Origin: Candidatus Hydrogenedentota bacterium
GTDB taxonomy: Bacteria; Hydrogenedentota; Hydrogenedentia; Hydrogenedentales; SLHB01
Length of the DNA stretch: 64,000 nt
Assembly (NCBI GenBank): GCA_963674865.2
Contig: CAXXYE010000003.1
Coordinates: 64,001 to 128,000, forward strand
Direction of reading: 5' to 3'
This document shows positions 49,702 through 59,456 of this stretch, one piece after another. Positions within the stretch are counted from its first letter, which is position 1; every line of letters begins with the position of its first letter. Made by a program: the position numbers and the translations under genes. The notes beneath the pieces are model-generated. The model was not told where the DNA came from. It ran no database searches and saw only the letters and a list, made by a program, of their open reading frames with translations.

Positions 49702-50122
49702 GATTCTGCTGGTTGAAGATAATCCTCATGACGTTGAACTGACACTACGTGCCCTCAAGAAGCACAACGTGGCCAACCGCCTTCACATGGTGAAAGACGG
49801 CGCCGAGGCCATCGACTTCCTGTTCGCGTCGGGCGCCTACGAGGACCGGGACCCGAATGACCGGCCCAAGCTCATCCTCCTCGACCTCAAGCTGCCCAAG
49901 GTTGGTGGCCTGGAGGTGCTGCGGGCCGTTAAGTCCGATGAGCGCACCAGAAACATTCCCGTTGTCGTGCTGACGTCGTCTCGGGAAGAGAAAGATATTG
50001 TCGAAAGCTACCGCCTGAGCGTGAATAGCTATATTGTAAAGCCGGTGGATTTCGACAAGTTTCTCAATGCTGTGGGGGAAGTGGGCCTCTACTGGCTCCT
50101 GCTTAACGTTTCCCCGTTCTAA
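49676..50122 (+). CDS. Single-domain response regulator (Rcp1-like)
   Basis: [25 protein letters not shown] and YWL. Confidence 0.93.
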   Translation: MMSQTSPVEILLVEDNPHDVELTLRALKKHNVANRLHMVKDGAEAIDFLFASGAYEDRDPNDRPKLILLDLKLPKVGGLEVLRAVKSDERTRNIPVVVLTSSREEKDIVESYRLSVNSYIVKPVDFDKFLNAVGEVGLYWLLLNVSPF

Positions 50123-50146
50123 CACGGCCTCTGGGTGGAGGTGATC

Positions 50147-53100
50147 ATGGTGGAAGAGCTACGCATCCTGATGGCTGAGGATATGCTCACCGATGCGGAA
50201 TTGGTGATGTATCATCTGAAGAAGGGAGGGATCGTTTTCACCGCCAGGCGTGTGGAGACGCGCGAAGCGTTTATCGAGGAACTCGACGCCTTTGCGCCCG
50301 ATATCGTCCTATCCGACTACATGATGCCGCGGTTTACAGGCAGGGAAGCGCTTGAAATCGTCAAGGAGCGCCAGTCGTACACACCACTCATCATTGTTAC
50401 AGGTTCAATGAATGAAGAGACGGCGGTTGAGTGCATGAGAGGGGGAGCGGCCGACTACGTTATCAAAGAGCACCTGACGCGGCTTCCCATGGCCGTCATA
50501 AGCGCTCTTGAGGCCAAGGCCGTTCGTGCGGATAGGGAGCGGGCGCAAGACGGTCTTCGGGTCGCTGCCCGCGAATGGCGCGCTTCCTTCGACGCCATTA
50601 ATGAAGCCGTATCCCTTCTAGATGCTCATGGCGTGGTGCTCCGGTGCAACCAGAGCATGCGCGCCATGCTCGCCAGACCGTGGAAAGAGATCATGGGCAC
50701 GCCCATCCGGGAACTGCTGGCCAAAGCAGGTATAGGCCTCGACCTCGCTATGATCGCCCAGGCGCAGGAGCAGCGAGCGCGTCAACTGGCAACATTTCCG
50801 CACGGTGAACGCTGGATACACGCTTCCGTCGATCCAGTGCTCGACAAGGAACACGAAACGCTCGGAACGGTCCTCATTCTAGCTGACGTGACCGAGCGCA
50901 AGCGAGCGGTGGAGCGGATTGACCATCTGAACGTGGTACTGCGCTCGATCCGAAACGTCAACCAACTCATTACGAAAGAGAAAGACCTGGACGCGCTTCT
51001 CAAGGGGTGTTGTGACGCCTTGGTTAGCCAGCGCGGCTACTCCCATGCCTGGGTAGTCTTGTTCAACGACGCCGGGGAGTTCAGAACGGCTTCGGAATGC
51101 GGACTTGGCCAGAGCTTTGACGTGCTCAGGTCAGACTTCGAGCGGAACCAGTTATCCGAATGCGCTCGAAACGCCTTACTCGCCGAAGACGTTCCTGTCA
51201 TCACTGAGGCCCCGAAGGACTGCTCGGACTGCCCGCTCTGCGAGACGAAGAATGGCTACGACTCCATGGCCATCCGCATAGCGTACGACGACCGCATCTA
51301 CGGCGTCCTTTGCGTAGCCTTGCCCCCAGGCATTGCCCACGATCAGGAGGAATGCTCGCTGTTCTCCGAGGTAGCCGGTGATATCGCCTTTGCTCTCCAG
51401 AACATGCGTCTTGAGGCCGAGCGTGTGGCGGCGACCCGCGAAATCCACGAACTCGCGCGTTTCCCTAGTGAGAACCCGAATCCTGTAATGCGAGTTGGTG
51501 AAGACGGCACCGTCCTCTACGCGAACGAGGCCGCTTGGCCTTTGCTAATGACCTGGCAGACAAAGGCTCAAGGGACACTGCCCGAGCAATGGCTCGATGT
51601 TATACGGCAGACGCTGGAATCCGGCAGCACGTTCCGGACGGAAGAGTCCACCGGCGATGGCGCCTATGCCCTCGCTTTCGCCCCCGTTAGGGCTTCCGGC
51701 TATGTAAACATCTATGGCATGGATATAACCGAGCGAAGAGGCGCTGAAAAAAGGCTCGAAGCAAGTCATAGGTTATTGAGGGTGCTGTATGGGCCGGATG
51801 ACGTGCGGGCTTTGCTGGAACGATTTCTTGATGAAGTACGTGATGTGACTGGTTGCAGCAGTCTTGGCGTCCGCCTGTTGGATGAAGAGGGGAATCTTCC
51901 CTTTGAAGTTCTCCGTGGACTCGACAGAGAATTCTGCAATGGCTGCCGTCCGCTCTCGATAGGCAGCGCGCGATGCGTTTGCGCCAACGTCGCCAGCGGG
52001 AGGACTGACCCCGCGCTGGACTACTACACGGAGGGCGGGTCATTTGCCGTGAACGATGCGGGAGATTCGGCCGACGCCCTCTCCCATTACGGCTTCGACG
52101 GCGCGCGAAAGGCTTGTCTGGAGGCCGGTTATCAGTCCATCGCCATCATTCCGATCAGGAGCGGGCGAATTACGCAAGGCGTGCTCTACATCGCCGATGT
52201 CCGCGAGAACATGCTGCCGCGAGGAATGGTACACGTGCTTGAACGTGCGACCACACAGCTCGGGGGGACGCTCAGCCGCATGCGCACAGAGGCCGAAAAC
52301 GCGCGACTGGTGGCGGCTATCGAACACGCCGGAGAGGCAATCCTCGTTACCGATGCCGGGGGCGTGATCCAATACGTCAATCCTGCCTTTGAGCGCATCA
52401 CCGGCTACCATCGGGAGGAAGCCTCCGGAAATACGCCGCGAATGCTCAAGAGCGGCAAGCAATCGCAGGCATTCTATGAAGAGCTGTGGACAACCATCCA
52501 AGGGGGAGACGTCTGGAGCGGCCGGCTTGTTAACAAGAGGAAGGACGGGAAGCTCTACGAAGAAGAGGCCACCATTTCTCCCGTCTATGATGGCAAGGGG
52601 CAAATCGCCCACTACGTCGGCGTGAAGCGTGATATTACCGAACAGGAAACACTTGAGCGGAGGCTCCGACAGGCTCAGAAACTCGAGGCTATTGGGACAC
52701 TCGCCGGCGGCATCGCCCATGACTTCAACAACGCCCTCGCCGCCATTGTCGGCTACACGCAGATGTGCGCTGAAGAGTTGCCCGAGGACAGCACGCAACG
52801 CGCCGATTTGGACCACGTTCTCGCGGCGGCGAGAAGGTCCACGGACCTGGTGCGCCAGATACTCACCTTCAGCCGGCAGGTGGAGCAGGAACGCACCCCT
52901 ATCCGGCTTCACCACATCGTCAAGGAGACTATCAAGCTGCTGCGTCCGTCGCTTCCTGCCACGATACAGGTCAGCGAAAACGTGGACACCAAGTGCGCCC
53001 CTGTTCTGGCCGACCCGACTCAGATGCACCAGGTCTTGATGAACCTGTGTACCAATGCCTACCATGCAATGCGAGAGGGCGGAGGTACGCTCACCGTGCA

Positions 53101-53815
53101 GCTCGAGTCCTTTTCAGTTGACGAGGATTTCCTCACGAGGCATCCCAGCCTCCAGGTGGGGCCGCACGTGAAGCTGACGGTTTCCGACACGGGCCATGGT
53201 ATGGACCCGCAGACGATGGCACGGATCTTCGATCCTTTCTTCACGACCAAGAACAAGGGGGAAGGCACCGGTTTAGGCCTGGCCACCGTCCACGGTATTG
53301 TCCAATCTCACGGGGGCGAGATCGCGGTTGCCAGTAAGCCCGGTGCGGGGAGTGAGTTTGAGGTCTACCTGCCTTGCGTTGTGGCGGAGCGGGCCGAAGA
53401 GCATCTCGATAGAGCGCCCATTCGAGGCGGGCATGAGCGCATCCTCGTTGTCGACGATGAACAGGATATTGCGGAAATGACGGCCAAGACATTGCAGAAG
53501 TTCGGCTACGAGGCCGTTCCGGTGACAAGCGGCACCGAGGCGCTGGCGGCTTTCAGCGCCGACCCCGACCTCTTCGATCTGTTAGTCACTGATTTCACGA
53601 TGCCGAAGATGACCGGCGATGTTCTGGCCAAGGAGATACATCAACTGCGTCCGCGCGTGCCCGTCATTCTTACCACGGGATTCAATGAAAAGGTGTCGCC
53701 CGAGACGGCGGGAGAGCAAGGATTCGCCGCCATGCTCATGAAGCCTGCCGATGCCCATCAAATCGCCCGAACCGTGCGTGAAGTTCTGGATCGAGCAGCA
53801 GAGGAGAAATCATGA
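50147..53815 (+). CDS. Hybrid histidine kinase REC-PAS-GAF-PAS-GAF-PAS-HisKA-HATPase-REC
   Basis: N-terminal REC (LSDYMMP); GIAHDFNN, NLCTNAYHAM and FFTTK; C-terminal REC (VVDDE, TDFTMP); start could be GTG 50135. Confidence 0.92.
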   Translation: MVEELRILMAEDMLTDAELVMYHLKKGGIVFTARRVETREAFIEELDAFAPDIVLSDYMMPRFTGREALEIVKERQSYTPLIIVTGSMNEETAVECMRGGAADYVIKEHLTRLPMAVISALEAKAVRADRERAQDGLRVAAREWRASFDAINEAVSLLDAHGVVLRCNQSMRAMLARPWKEIMGTPIRELLAKAGIGLDLAMIAQAQEQRARQLATFPHGERWIHASVDPVLDKEHETLGTVLILADVTERKRAVERIDHLNVVLRSIRNVNQLITKEKDLDALLKGCCDALVSQRGYSHAWVVLFNDAGEFRTASECGLGQSFDVLRSDFERNQLSECARNALLAEDVPVITEAPKDCSDCPLCETKNGYDSMAIRIAYDDRIYGVLCVALPPGIAHDQEECSLFSEVAGDIAFALQNMRLEAERVAATREIHELARFPSENPNPVMRVGEDGTVLYANEAAWPLLMTWQTKAQGTLPEQWLDVIRQTLESGSTFRTEESTGDGAYALAFAPVRASGYVNIYGMDITERRGAEKRLEASHRLLRVLYGPDDVRALLERFLDEVRDVTGCSSLGVRLLDEEGNLPFEVLRGLDREFCNGCRPLSIGSARCVCANVASGRTDPALDYYTEGGSFAVNDAGDSADALSHYGFDGARKACLEAGYQSIAIIPIRSGRITQGVLYIADVRENMLPRGMVHVLERATTQLGGTLSRMRTEAENARLVAAIEHAGEAILVTDAGGVIQYVNPAFERITGYHREEASGNTPRMLKSGKQSQAFYEELWTTIQGGDVWSGRLVNKRKDGKLYEEEATISPVYDGKGQIAHYVGVKRDITEQETLERRLRQAQKLEAIGTLAGGIAHDFNNALAAIVGYTQMCAEELPEDSTQRADLDHVLAAARRSTDLVRQILTFSRQVEQERTPIRLHHIVKETIKLLRPSLPATIQVSENVDTKCAPVLADPTQMHQVLMNLCTNAYHAMREGGGTLTVQLESFSVDEDFLTRHPSLQVGPHVKLTVSDTGHGMDPQTMARIFDPFFTTKNKGEGTGLGLATVHGIVQSHGGEIAVASKPGAGSEFEVYLPCVVAERAEEHLDRAPIRGGHERILVVDDEQDIAEMTAKTLQKFGYEAVPVTSGTEALAAFSADPDLFDLLVTDFTMPKMTGDVLAKEIHQLRPRVPVILTTGFNEKVSPETAGEQGFAAMLMKPADAHQIARTVREVLDRAAEEKS

Positions 53816-55821
53816 GCTCAGTGCCGACACGCCCTGAGATGCCGCAAGACGAGGCCACGCACAAAGGAGCGAGAATACTTGTCGTCGACGATGATGTTCC
53901 TGTGGCCACGTTGCTTGCGCGGCAACTTGAGCGCATGGACTATGCGCCTAGTGTTGCCCACGATGGGCGTTCGGCGCTGGAGTTAATGGGCGAGGAGCCC
54001 TTTGAAGTGGCGCTGATCGATCTTGTCATGCCGGATATGGACGGCATCAGCGTTCTCAGAGCTATGGCCGAAAGCGATTTCGACACGGTAGGCATCGTCG
54101 TATCCGGCGCGGGAACGATCGGTGGGGCCGTCGAGGCGATGAAAATCGGTGCGTTCGATTTCGTCGAGAAAGGCTCCGGACTGAATGACCTCCGGGGCAC
54201 TATCGAGCGCGCCATCCGGCATCGCGAACTGAAAAGCCATGACCGCTACATGACACGGGCGGCCCAGGAGTGGGAGACGACCTTCAACGCCGTGTCGGAT
54301 CTCATCGCAATCATAGACGGCGAGCACCGCCTCGTGCGCGCTAACAAAGCCATGGCCGATAGACTCAAATGCGCGCCGGATGAAGCTGTCGGCTGTACGT
54401 GCTACGAATCACTGAATGGCATGTCCGCGCCCCCGGCGGAATGCCCTCATGTGCTTTCCATGCGCGACGGACAGGAACATACCGCCACCATCTACGATGA
54501 ACGAATGGACGGCTACTTTCTCGTGAGCACCTCGCCGCTGCTCGACGGCGCCGGCCGGCCGCTGGGAACTGTCCACGTGATGCGGGACGTCACGGCGCAG
54601 AAGCGCATTGAGCAGGAGCTGCGCCTGGCGCATGCGGAGACGGAGAAGCTACTCGCCTCCATGTCTTCGTTTCTGATAGCGGTGGACGGCAACCTGAAAG
54701 TGACACGGTGGAATGCGGCAGCGGAGATAGCGTTCGCTGTCAAAGCCGAACAGGCTATCGGGAAGGACCTGAAGGAATGCGGAATCAAGTGGAATTGGGA
54801 CACCATACGCAACCAGCTCGATGCCTGGCTTCGCGGAGGTGAGCCGATTCGACTCGGTGCCACAAAATATGCCCGGCCCGATGGCTCCGAGGGATTCCTC
54901 GGGATCACCGTTAATCCCGTACGGAATGGCGATGCGACCCTTTCGGGGTTCTTCCTTCTGGGCGCGGACATTACTGAGCGGCTCAGTCTCGAGACCCAGC
55001 TTGTCCACGCCCAGAAGCTGGAATCGATTGGCCGGTTGGCCGCGGGCATTGCCCATGAGATCAACACGCCCATTCAATATGTTGGAGACAATACACGTTT
55101 CCTTGAGGATTCCTTTGGCGACCTCCTGCGCCTGCACGCGAAACAGGCCGAGGTGGCCCAAGCCGCGGAGGAGGGTGCGCCCGATCCGAGCCTTATCGAG
55201 GCGTGCAAGGCGCTGGCCGATGAGATCGACGTAGCCTATCTCAATGAAGAGATCCCGAAGGCGATTAGCCAATCCCTGGAGGGGGTGGAGCGAGTCGCGA
55301 AGATCGTGCGGGCCATGAAGGATTTCTCGCATCCGGGCACGGGCGAAAAGGCGCCCTGCGACCTCAACAAGGCCATTGAGAGCACAATTACCGTGGCGCG
55401 CAACGAATGGAAATACGTGGCCGAGGTCGTCACGGAGTTTGACTCGAGTCTTCCGCTGGTGGCGTGTCTGCCGGCCGAGTTTAACCAGGTTATACTCAAC
55501 ATCATCGTCAACGCTGCTCACGCAATCGCCGACGTGGTCGAGGAGGACAGTCAAGACAAGGGCGCAATCACCATCCGGACGCGGCAAGAGGGCGACTGGG
55601 CCGTTGTGAGCATCAGCGATACAGGCACCGGCATTCCCAAAGAGGCGCAGGGGGCAATCTTTGATCCCTTCTTCACCACGAAGGAAGTCGGCAAAGGCAC
55701 GGGACAGGGCTTGGCAATTGCCCGCAACGTGATCGTCGACAAGCACGGCGGTACACTGACATTTGAGTCTGAACAGGGCAAAGGGACGACGTTTGTGATC
55801 CGTATGCCGATCGAGGTGTGA
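53812..55821 (+). CDS. REC-PAS-PAS histidine kinase
   Basis: VVDDD and IDLVMP; GIAHEINTP, NIIVNAAHA and FFTTKEVGKGTGQGL. Confidence 0.92.
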   Translation: MSSVPTRPEMPQDEATHKGARILVVDDDVPVATLLARQLERMDYAPSVAHDGRSALELMGEEPFEVALIDLVMPDMDGISVLRAMAESDFDTVGIVVSGAGTIGGAVEAMKIGAFDFVEKGSGLNDLRGTIERAIRHRELKSHDRYMTRAAQEWETTFNAVSDLIAIIDGEHRLVRANKAMADRLKCAPDEAVGCTCYESLNGMSAPPAECPHVLSMRDGQEHTATIYDERMDGYFLVSTSPLLDGAGRPLGTVHVMRDVTAQKRIEQELRLAHAETEKLLASMSSFLIAVDGNLKVTRWNAAAEIAFAVKAEQAIGKDLKECGIKWNWDTIRNQLDAWLRGGEPIRLGATKYARPDGSEGFLGITVNPVRNGDATLSGFFLLGADITERLSLETQLVHAQKLESIGRLAAGIAHEINTPIQYVGDNTRFLEDSFGDLLRLHAKQAEVAQAAEEGAPDPSLIEACKALADEIDVAYLNEEIPKAISQSLEGVERVAKIVRAMKDFSHPGTGEKAPCDLNKAIESTITVARNEWKYVAEVVTEFDSSLPLVACLPAEFNQVILNIIVNAAHAIADVVEEDSQDKGAITIRTRQEGDWAVVSISDTGTGIPKEAQGAIFDPFFTTKEVGKGTGQGLAIARNVIVDKHGGTLTFESEQGKGTTFVIRMPIEV

Positions 55822-55838
55822 AACGAGAGCGAAGTGCA

Positions 55839-56978
55839 ATGAAGAAGAAGATCCTATTCGTTGACGACGAAGCCGACATACGCGAGATGTTGCGGCGTAT
55901 GCTGCGAAAGCAGCAAGACGTTTGGGACATGCGTTTCGTTGGCTCGGCCGCAGAGGCGCTGGAGGCCGTGCAGGCGAACTCTTTCGACGCGATAGTCTCG
56001 GACGTCAGAATGCCGGGAATGGACGGATTCGGCCTGCTCGAGAGGCTGCGCGCCGACGAGAAGACCAAGGATATACCCATCATTATCCTGACGGGCGAAG
56101 GTGAGCCAAGTCTCAAGCGACGCGCGCTGGATATGGGGGCTACAGACCTCCTGAATAAGCCGTGCGATCATGAAGATCTTCTGGCGCGGGTTCGAAATGT
56201 CCTTCGCATAAAGAGCTATGAAGACAGATTGAGGCTCCAGAACGAAGTTCTGGAGCAGCGGGTTCGTGAGCGGACCTCCGAGCTTGAGGAATCGCGCCGG
56301 GAGATCATATGGCGCCTGGCAAAAGCGGGAGAATACCGCGATGATACGACCGGCGATCATATCGCCCGGGTCGGCTACTACAGCCGCCTGTTGGCGCAGG
56401 GCATAGGACTGGAGCCCTCTGTCGTCGAGATGGTCTTCCTGACGAGTCCCCTCCATGATATCGGGAAGATCGGCGTTCCCGACAGCATTCTCCGCAAGAA
56501 GGGGCGTCTGGACCCTTCTGAGCGGACTACCATCGAGCGCCACCCCGCCATTGGCACGAGTATCCTGACGCAGGCGTCCAAAGGCATGGATGCCTTCCTG
56601 GCGTGGCAGTATGAAGAAAGCTCAAGCGGCCAGCCCGATATCCACAATCCTCTTACTGCCATGGCTGCGTCCATCGCGCTCAATCATCATGAACGGTGGG
56701 ATGGTAGGGGCTACCCCGGCCGCCTCTCCGGCGCGCAGATACCCATCGAAGCACGAATCGTGGCCTTGGCCGATGTCTACGATGCACTGAGTTCCGACCG
56801 CCCCTACAAGCCGGCCTACCCCGAGGAAAAGGTCCTGGCTATCATACGGGACGAGGCCGGGCGCCACTTCGACCCCGGTATCTGCCAAGTCTTCGAGGAG
56901 GCTATTGACGAGATTCGCGCCATTGGAAGGCAGTTTCCGGAGAATATCGGCCACGAACGTGCGAGGACGGCGAAATGA
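55839..56978 (+). CDS. REC + HD-GYP cyclic-dinucleotide phosphodiesterase (RpfG-like)
   Basis: LHDIGK, HHERWDGRGYP, ADVYDAL and RPYK all intact; start could be GTG 55818. Confidence 0.92.
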   Translation: MKKKILFVDDEADIREMLRRMLRKQQDVWDMRFVGSAAEALEAVQANSFDAIVSDVRMPGMDGFGLLERLRADEKTKDIPIIILTGEGEPSLKRRALDMGATDLLNKPCDHEDLLARVRNVLRIKSYEDRLRLQNEVLEQRVRERTSELEESRREIIWRLAKAGEYRDDTTGDHIARVGYYSRLLAQGIGLEPSVVEMVFLTSPLHDIGKIGVPDSILRKKGRLDPSERTTIERHPAIGTSILTQASKGMDAFLAWQYEESSSGQPDIHNPLTAMAASIALNHHERWDGRGYPGRLSGAQIPIEARIVALADVYDALSSDRPYKPAYPEEKVLAIIRDEAGRHFDPGICQVFEEAIDEIRAIGRQFPENIGHERARTAK

Positions 56979-58186
56979 AACGAATCCTGTTCGTTGACGA
57001 CGAGCCGAACATCCTCGCTGGGCTCAAGAGAATGCTCCGCCCTATGCGTAGTGAGTGGGATATGACCTTCGCGGGAAGCGGGCAAGAGGCCCTGGCTATC
57101 ATGGAGAAGCAACCCGTTGACATCATCGTCACCGACATGCGCATGCCCGGCATGGACGGTGCCGCGGTACTCAACGAGGTCATGAACCGCTATCCGAGCA
57201 CCGTCCGGTTCATCCTTTCCGGCCAGTCCGACAAGGAGACGATACTCCGCTCCGTGGGCCCTGCCCACCAGTTCATCGCCAAGCCGTGTGAGGCAGAAAC
57301 GTTGAAAGCCACCGTTGACCGCGCCTCAGGACTGCGCGATCTCCTGTCAAACGACAACCTGACCCAGCTCGTTTCTCAGATGCCCTCCCTTCCGCCGCGC
57401 CCCGAGCTTTACACGCGTCTCATGGAAGAACTCCAATCGCCCGACTGCTCGGTTGGCGCCGTGGGACGCATCATTGAATCCGATGTCGGGATGACCGCCC
57501 AGATCCTCCACTGGGCCAACTCCGCCTTCTTCGGTGTGCGGCAGAACGTGTCCAATCCCGTTCAGGCCACCAGCCTACTGGGATTGGATACCATTCGGGC
57601 GCTTGTCCTTATGGTGGGGGCCTTCGCTCATGCTTCCGAGTCGAAGTTTCCTCCGCTGTTCTCCTTTGAGGTCTTCTGCCAGCACAGCATGGCCGTCGGG
57701 GCCTACGCCCAGGCCATCAGCAAGAGTCAGGGAGTAGATGATAAGGAGGTGAACAACGCCTTCACCGGGGGCATTCTGCATGACGCCGGGCGCTTGGTGC
57801 TTGCCGTTAATGCCCCCGCCGATTACAGAGAGGTCCTCCGCCGCATCCAGGAAGAGCATGTCCCGATTACCCAGGCGGAGCAAGATGCCTTCGGATGCAC
57901 CCATGCCGCGGTTGGCGCCTATCTCCTGGGCCTTTGGGGCATCCCTGATTCCGTCGTTGAGTCTGTTGCCTTCCATCATCGCCCAAGCGACTGCCTTGCC
58001 AATGCATTCGGCCCGCTAACGGCCGTCCACGTTGCTAATTGCCTCGAATACGAGGGCCGCCCCGGCGGTGAAGAGGAAGTCCATCTGCAACTCGATGCCG
58101 GATACCTGGCCGCCCTCGGCCTGGATGAGAAGCTATCGGCCTGGCGTCAGGTTTGCCAGGAAATCGGGAAGGGAAAGGACGAATAG
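56975..58186 (+). CDS. REC + HDOD domain protein
   Basis: FVDDE and TDMRMP; ANSAFFG, HSMAV, LHDAGRL, HAAVGAYLL-x2-W and FHH. Confidence 0.9.
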   Translation: MKRILFVDDEPNILAGLKRMLRPMRSEWDMTFAGSGQEALAIMEKQPVDIIVTDMRMPGMDGAAVLNEVMNRYPSTVRFILSGQSDKETILRSVGPAHQFIAKPCEAETLKATVDRASGLRDLLSNDNLTQLVSQMPSLPPRPELYTRLMEELQSPDCSVGAVGRIIESDVGMTAQILHWANSAFFGVRQNVSNPVQATSLLGLDTIRALVLMVGAFAHASESKFPPLFSFEVFCQHSMAVGAYAQAISKSQGVDDKEVNNAFTGGILHDAGRLVLAVNAPADYREVLRRIQEEHVPITQAEQDAFGCTHAAVGAYLLGLWGIPDSVVESVAFHHRPSDCLANAFGPLTAVHVANCLEYEGRPGGEEEVHLQLDAGYLAALGLDEKLSAWRQVCQEIGKGKDE

Positions 58187-58189
58187 CAG

Positions 58190-59359
58190 ATGAACGAAAA
58201 GGTGCTCTTTGTGGACGACGACCCCAACATCCTCGCCGCCTACACGCGCCAACTCAAGAAGGTCCTCAGCGTTGAGACCGCTGTCGGCGGCCAAGCGGCC
58301 CTCAAGCTCATGGCGGAAACGGGCCCCTTTGCCGTAGTGGTGGCAGACATGATGATGCCGGGAATGGACGGCATTCAGTTTCTCATGCGAGCGAAGGAAC
58401 ACGCACCCGATACCGTGCGGATGATGCTCACTGGACATGCCAACATACAAACGGCCGTTGAGGCCGTCAATGAGGGCAACATATTCCGCTTCCTCACCAA
58501 GCCCTGTCCCGCCGAGGCCCTCGTCCGTGCGCTGGCGGACGGCATCAGTCAGTACCGCCTTGTCACCGGAGAGCGGAGCCTGCTCGAAAACACTCTCAAC
58601 GGCAGCATCCAATTGCTTACAGAGGTTCTTTCCATGGTGGACCCGGACGCCTTCGGGCGCGCGATGCGCCTTCGCGAAATCGTCCAACCTCTTGCCATAG
58701 CCATGGGAATCACCGACACCTGGGATATCGAACTGGCCGCCATGTTCTCCCAAATTGGCTTCGTGACCATCCCATCTGAAGTTGCGGAGAAATGCCGCGC
58801 AGGCGAAGCGCTGGACGCAGCCGAGGAAGAAATGATCCTCTGCGTTCCTGAAACCGGCGAGAAGCTTCTTGCCAATATCCCCCGGCTTGAAACCGTTGCT
58901 CAGATGGTGCTCTATCAGAATAAGAGCTACGACGGATCGGGCTTTCCACGCGACGAGGTAGCCGAGAATCACATCCCCCTGGGATCCAGAATTCTCAAGG
59001 CGGTGGCGGACCTAAGCGACATCACCGACTCAGGCGCAACTCGACAGGAAGCCGTCGAGCAAATGCGCGAACAGAGAGGCCGGTATGACCCCGCTGTTCT
59101 GGAGGCAATCGCCGCCCTGCCTGATGAGGACAGCTCTGAAGGAGAGGCGTCCTCTGTCAAGGTGCTGGAGGTCCCCGTGGCCGATCTGCACATTGGCGAC
59201 GTCCTTGCCGCGGATCTCCAGACTGTCGATGGACGCCTCCTCATTGCCACCGGAAACGAGGTCACTCAAGTCGTCATGGCGCGGCTTGGAAACTATGCCA
59301 AGGTCGTAGAGATTCAGCAGCCTGTTAGGATTATGCGAAGGGCGGTGGCCAGGAGATAG
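58190..59359 (+). CDS. REC + degenerate HD-GYP-like domain
   Basis: REC (ADMMMP, FLTKP); HD replaced by SQ (SQIG) and the HHE..GYP region reads YQNKSYDGSGFP. Confidence 0.85.
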   Translation: MNEKVLFVDDDPNILAAYTRQLKKVLSVETAVGGQAALKLMAETGPFAVVVADMMMPGMDGIQFLMRAKEHAPDTVRMMLTGHANIQTAVEAVNEGNIFRFLTKPCPAEALVRALADGISQYRLVTGERSLLENTLNGSIQLLTEVLSMVDPDAFGRAMRLREIVQPLAIAMGITDTWDIELAAMFSQIGFVTIPSEVAEKCRAGEALDAAEEEMILCVPETGEKLLANIPRLETVAQMVLYQNKSYDGSGFPRDEVAENHIPLGSRILKAVADLSDITDSGATRQEAVEQMREQRGRYDPAVLEAIAALPDEDSSEGEASSVKVLEVPVADLHIGDVLAADLQTVDGRLLIATGNEVTQVVMARLGNYAKVVEIQQPVRIMRRAVARR

Positions 59360-59456
59360 GCAAGCGAACCAGGCAGATGCGGGCTGCTCCTGCATGCAAC
59401 ACCAGTCCCGAACGCACCAATTGCCGTCGCTGTAAGGCCCCCCAGGAGGATAGTAC

